Below, one piece after another: positions 60,616-64,000 of a DNA stretch of 64,000 bases. Both the position numbers and the translations under genes were made by a program. The stretch spans positions 2,506-66,505 of the IMG/VR virus record IMGVR_UViG_3300042356_000058, one strand, 5' to 3'. The stretch's first letter is position 1, and each line of letters opens with the position of its first letter. Under the pieces are notes generated by a model. That model was not told the DNA's origin, searched no databases, and saw only the letters and a list, made by a program, of their open reading frames with translations. This stretch comes from a virus.

Positions 60616-63135
60616 TCAGTATGTCATTTCCACAGTGGAAATTTTTGCCACGGTTCGTATTGTAGTAGCTGCTTGCCCTGTGAATGTTACTGCCAAACCG
60701 CCATTGGTAGTGTCTGCTGTTACTGCTATCACCCAAGTGGATGCCCCTGCATCTGCGTATGTTGAGGTGACTGTTGGTGTTCCGACAAGGGTTGTAGAGG
60801 CGGCATTAGCACCACGCTTGATGACACCCTCGATAGTCCATCCTTTTGTGTTTCCACCGCCTGTTACACCTGCTACTACTTCTCCTGTAAAGAAATAGGC
60901 TGAGTTGTTGGGTAGGATTACTTGGTTGCCTGTGCCAGCTGCGCCTGAATCAGAACGAAGAATTGTTGCAGTAGCATCGGTAGTTTGAACGGCAAGGACT
61001 AATAAAGCACTTTGAGTAATTCCAGAGGCTTGAGCTATTGGGTTTACGTTTGCAGCAAATACATGATTGCCAGCAATGCTTCTAGCGTTTCCAAAACTGC
61101 CGCCCATTGAAGCAGAATATTGACCATTCATTAGATTTGAATATCCAGCGCCAATAAATGCGGCATTTCCAGTTATGTTATTGGCAATTCCTGCAACCAA
61201 CCCTGATGATTGTCCTTGAACTGCATTGCTTAAAACAGAACCAAAAGCAAAACCACCTCCACCAAGAAATGAGGAGGTATTATTTGCTGTATTTCCGTAA
61301 CCGCCAACTACAGTTGAATACAAACCACTTGCTGTGTTTTTGAATCCACCACCAACTGTAGACCAATCACCAGAAGCAACATTCCTGTTACCAGCCGTTC
61401 CCGCATCTCCACCACCGCCAATAAAGGAATATGAACCAGTAGCGGTGTTGTTTCCACCACCTACTACTACTCCGTGTGGAGTGTAGAAACTGAGTGTGCT
61501 AGTTGATGAACCTGATGCGGCTTGGCTTAGTGTGAGTGATGTACCGCTAATTGCGGCAACGTATGTGTCTGCTGAAATGCTCGTACCAGTAATATATTGA
61601 CCAACTTTAATTGATGCGTTGCTACCAGAAAGAGTAACGGCTGTAGTTCCATTCATTGTTCCTGATTGCGTAGTAACTGTTCCGTTTGCAGTTCCTGAAT
61701 TCGTGAATCCACCACCAACAAAGTTGTAAATTCCAGCCGCAGTATTTACGCCACCTCCTACAACAACACCTCTGATTTGAGATGCAACATTGTATTGACC
61801 GCCACCAATAAAAGCAGAGTTACCTGAAGCATTGTTGTTGAACCCTCCAGCGACTGTTGTTAAAAGTCCTGAAGATGTGTTGTTTTGACCACCGCCAATA
61901 ACAGCTACAGTCCCGTTGGCAACCTGAGAAGCCAAACCCCTAGCAGTCTGCCAATCCACCGCATTAGCACCACGGGCATTACCACCTGTAGCCGTTGAAT
62001 CTGTCTGTTGAGCCTGTAGCGCACCAGTACCTTTTGGTTGTAGGACTAATGGGATGTTGGTGTCTGAGCCTTGAGATGATAGAACAGGGGCAGAACCAGA
62101 AGCAGAGCCATAAACTTGTAATGTATTGACTGTGCCAACACCACTATCTACAACAAGAAATTGTGTTCCAGAACCTGTTTGAAAAGCATGGCGACTGGTT
62201 GAACCAGTACCTTTTGCGACATAAGTTAATCCAATAGAACTATCACTACCTTGAGCAGAAAGCGTAGGTCTTCCACCAGTAGCCGCCCCCGTTACTTGTA
62301 CATAGTTAACAGCAGAGGCTGTGTGGGCTATTTTTACTTGTTGTGTAAAATTTGTTCCAGCGGTATAGAAATCATGCGCCCCAGTACCTTGCGTTGAATA
62401 ACTCATCCCAAGGTTTGTATCGCTTCCCCTAGACGCAATGACGGGTAAAAATCCAGTTGCTTGTCCTTGTAGGTGAATGCGGTTTACAGCAGTACCACCG
62501 CTATCAATAATTCTTACTTGCGTTCCTGCGCCAGTGTTTAAGTTAATAACACCAGTACCTTTAGACGTTGCGTTTAAATCTATGTTTGTGTCTGAGCCAA
62601 TAGATGCAAATACTGGGCCAGAACCTGAGCCAGACCCATACATTTGGAAAAAGTTTACAGCCGCAGTAGCAACACGCAGTTCCGAACTTACCGCAACAAC
62701 TGCCGAAGCTTTGGGGCTTAACACAAGATTTATATTGGTATCACTACCTTGGCTTGAAATGGTAGGATTTCCACCAGTAGCCGCACCAGTCACCTGAACG
62801 TAATTGACTGCTGATGCGGTGTGGGAAACACGCATTTGTTCTTGACCTACAAAGTTTGTGTAAAGCCTTACAGCACCTGTGCCTTGTGAACTGATGGCTA
62901 AATCAATGTTTCCACTAGCAGAAGCAGAACGAATAAAAGGGCGACCAGTGCTTGAGCCACCAACCATTACAAAATCTGTTGCTGTAGAGCCTGAAGATTC
63001 AACTCTAAATTGCGTACCATTGCCAGTACCAAGATTGACGTTACCAGTACCCTTGGTAGTAACATTCAAGTCAGGATTAGTCGCTGTGTCTGTAACATTC
63101 AGCGTGTTTGTATATTGGTCAAGATTGATTGTCAT
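60616..63135 (-). CDS. Long tail fibre/adhesin (839 aa)
   Basis: About seven S.GSDTNI.L...KGTG repeats, then GGG..N.A.G beta-roll repeats. Confidence 0.8.
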   Translation of the reverse strand: MTINLDQYTNTLNVTDTATNPDLNVTTKGTGNVNLGTGNGTQFRVESSGSTATDFVMVGGSSTGRPFIRSASASGNIDLAISSQGTGAVRLYTNFVGQEQMRVSHTASAVNYVQVTGAATGGNPTISSQGSDTNINLVLSPKASAVVAVSSELRVATAAVNFFQMYGSGSGSGPVFASIGSDTNIDLNATSKGTGVINLNTGAGTQVRIIDSGGTAVNRIHLQGQATGFLPVIASRGSDTNLGMSYSTQGTGAHDFYTAGTNFTQQVKIAHTASAVNYVQVTGAATGGRPTLSAQGSDSSIGLTYVAKGTGSTSRHAFQTGSGTQFLVVDSGVGTVNTLQVYGSASGSAPVLSSQGSDTNIPLVLQPKGTGALQAQQTDSTATGGNARGANAVDWQTARGLASQVANGTVAVIGGGQNNTSSGLLTTVAGGFNNNASGNSAFIGGGQYNVASQIRGVVVGGGVNTAAGIYNFVGGGFTNSGTANGTVTTQSGTMNGTTAVTLSGSNASIKVGQYITGTSISADTYVAAISGTSLTLSQAASGSSTSTLSFYTPHGVVVGGGNNTATGSYSFIGGGGDAGTAGNRNVASGDWSTVGGGFKNTASGLYSTVVGGYGNTANNTSSFLGGGGFAFGSVLSNAVQGQSSGLVAGIANNITGNAAFIGAGYSNLMNGQYSASMGGSFGNARSIAGNHVFAANVNPIAQASGITQSALLVLAVQTTDATATILRSDSGAAGTGNQVILPNNSAYFFTGEVVAGVTGGGNTKGWTIEGVIKRGANAASTTLVGTPTVTSTYADAGASTWVIAVTADTTNGGLAVTFTGQAATTIRTVAKISTVEMTY

Positions 63136-63136
63136 A

Positions 63137-63817
63137 TTAGTAAACCAGTTCTACAGTCATTTGCTCGACATATTCTTGAAATTGCTCAGCAGTATTTTTA
63201 CCAAACCCAAACAGTCTATGAAATTGTAAATGATGTGTATTGCATAGCGTTACACCATTATCTACATCAAACCGCTTTTCAGGGAATATGCCAAAACCAT
63301 CAAGGTGATGGGCAATCATTGGGTCTTTTCTTATTCCGCAAATTTGGCATAAGTTTTTGTCCCGTTTGTACACGGCATATCGCCATTCATCATATTGGAT
63401 TGAATTGCGTAGTTGTTCTGCTACAGTGCCTTGGCGTTCTTCTGGAAGTTTCCATGAATGATGTTTGTCACCACGATAAAACTTTGAAGCGCATAAATCA
63501 CATCTTACTGGCTTGTTATTTTTAGAGTATCTGTAACCAATTTCTATATTGCAATCTGGGCAACGATGCGTCCCACCTTTCCATGTAGGACTGTTTGCAC
63601 CTTTGCGGTCTGGGTAAACAATGTCGCCATAAGTAATGTGTTTTGGCTTAACATCAATACCCGCTTTTCTAATGGCACGGCTGACTGTCAAACTGGAGCA
63701 TGGAATAAGCGCAGAAATCATCCTAAATGAAAGGTTTTCATCAATGTATTTTGTGCGTAGCCAAGCCTCATCTTTAAGAAGATGTGCGTTTGGTGAATTG
63801 ACTTTAGATTTACGCAT
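63137..63817 (-). CDS. HNH homing endonuclease (226 aa)
   Basis: CQICG...AHHL...NGVTLC..HH..FH; NSPTWKGG-type motifs; ATG 63817 is TAATG-coupled to the upstream stop. Confidence 0.85.
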   Translation of the reverse strand: MRKSKVNSPNAHLLKDEAWLRTKYIDENLSFRMISALIPCSSLTVSRAIRKAGIDVKPKHITYGDIVYPDRKGANSPTWKGGTHRCPDCNIEIGYRYSKNNKPVRCDLCASKFYRGDKHHSWKLPEERQGTVAEQLRNSIQYDEWRYAVYKRDKNLCQICGIRKDPMIAHHLDGFGIFPEKRFDVDNGVTLCNTHHLQFHRLFGFGKNTAEQFQEYVEQMTVELVY

Positions 63818-64000
63818 TAAAACGTGACTTCCACAGTATTTACGCTGGCGACCCATCGTATAGTTGTAGATGCCGCGCCTGTTACTGTTACTGCCAAGCC
63901 ACCATTCGTAGTGTCAGCAGTTAAAGCGATAACCCACGCAGTAGCCCCTGCTGTAGCCGCCACTCGGTTAATTGCGGGTGTTCCAATCAGCACAGTAGAG
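63817..64000 (-). CDS. 3' end of another tail-fibre gene, paralogous to 60616..63135 (5' part outside the window)
   Basis: ...WVIALTADTTNGGLAVTVTGAASTTIRWVASVNTVEVTF* versus ...WVIAVTADTTNGGLAVTFTGQAATTIRTVAKISTVEMTY*. Confidence 0.85.
   Translation of the reverse strand, partial: STVLIGTPAINRVAATAGATAWVIALTADTTNGGLAVTVTGAASTTIRWVASVNTVEVTF

Noticed and set aside
60616-64000. Diversity-generating retroelement (template and variable repeats in the fibre C-termini)
   Set aside because: Both copies are coding, differences are not confined to adenines, and no reverse transcriptase is in the window
1-64000. Integrase, att sites, host genes, tRNA or rRNA; also the many nested or antisense ORFs in the track
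   Set aside because: None recognised by eye (a tRNAscan run would be needed to exclude tRNAs); the shadow ORFs lack RBS and motifs and overlap well-supported genes

Overview
The window is most of a tailed dsDNA phage genome, probably podovirus-like (long portal, nozzle-like gene, several large ejection-type proteins, no tape measure recognised). Both ends cut minus-strand virion genes, so the genome is probably circularly permuted and slightly longer than 64 kb. Minus strand 1-10.6 kb: head and packaging module (TerS, TerL, portal, GroES-like co-chaperonin, scaffold, major capsid, decoration proteins, a free-standing HNH gene). Plus strand 11.0-33.3 kb: small early genes, a HEXXH-vWA/MoxR-AAA operon, and a replication module (VRR-NUC, PolA, Cas4-like nuclease, SNF2 helicase, SSB-like, HTH, primase-helicase). 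Minus strand 33.3-64 kb: a 2827-aa polyvalent protein, ejection proteins, nozzle, lysis cassette, glycosyltransferase, three tail-fibre genes and a cluster of small basic proteins. No integrase, tRNA, rRNA, CRISPR array or reverse transcriptase was recognised. The most notable unexplained signals are: (i) a shared [M/F/Y/L]-[A/K/S]-x-G-G peptide motif across ejection proteins and small basic late proteins, a possible head-loading or processing tag; (ii) five copies of an 18-bp palindrome TGTGGTCA-NN-TGACCACA in early-gene spacers; (iii) three intergenic structured-RNA candidates; (iv) a T4-T-like GAF-domain holin candidate alongside a second holin and tiny membrane peptides; (v) an iteron-like origin candidate. 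All family assignments come from motifs read by eye; no database search or folding computation was run.
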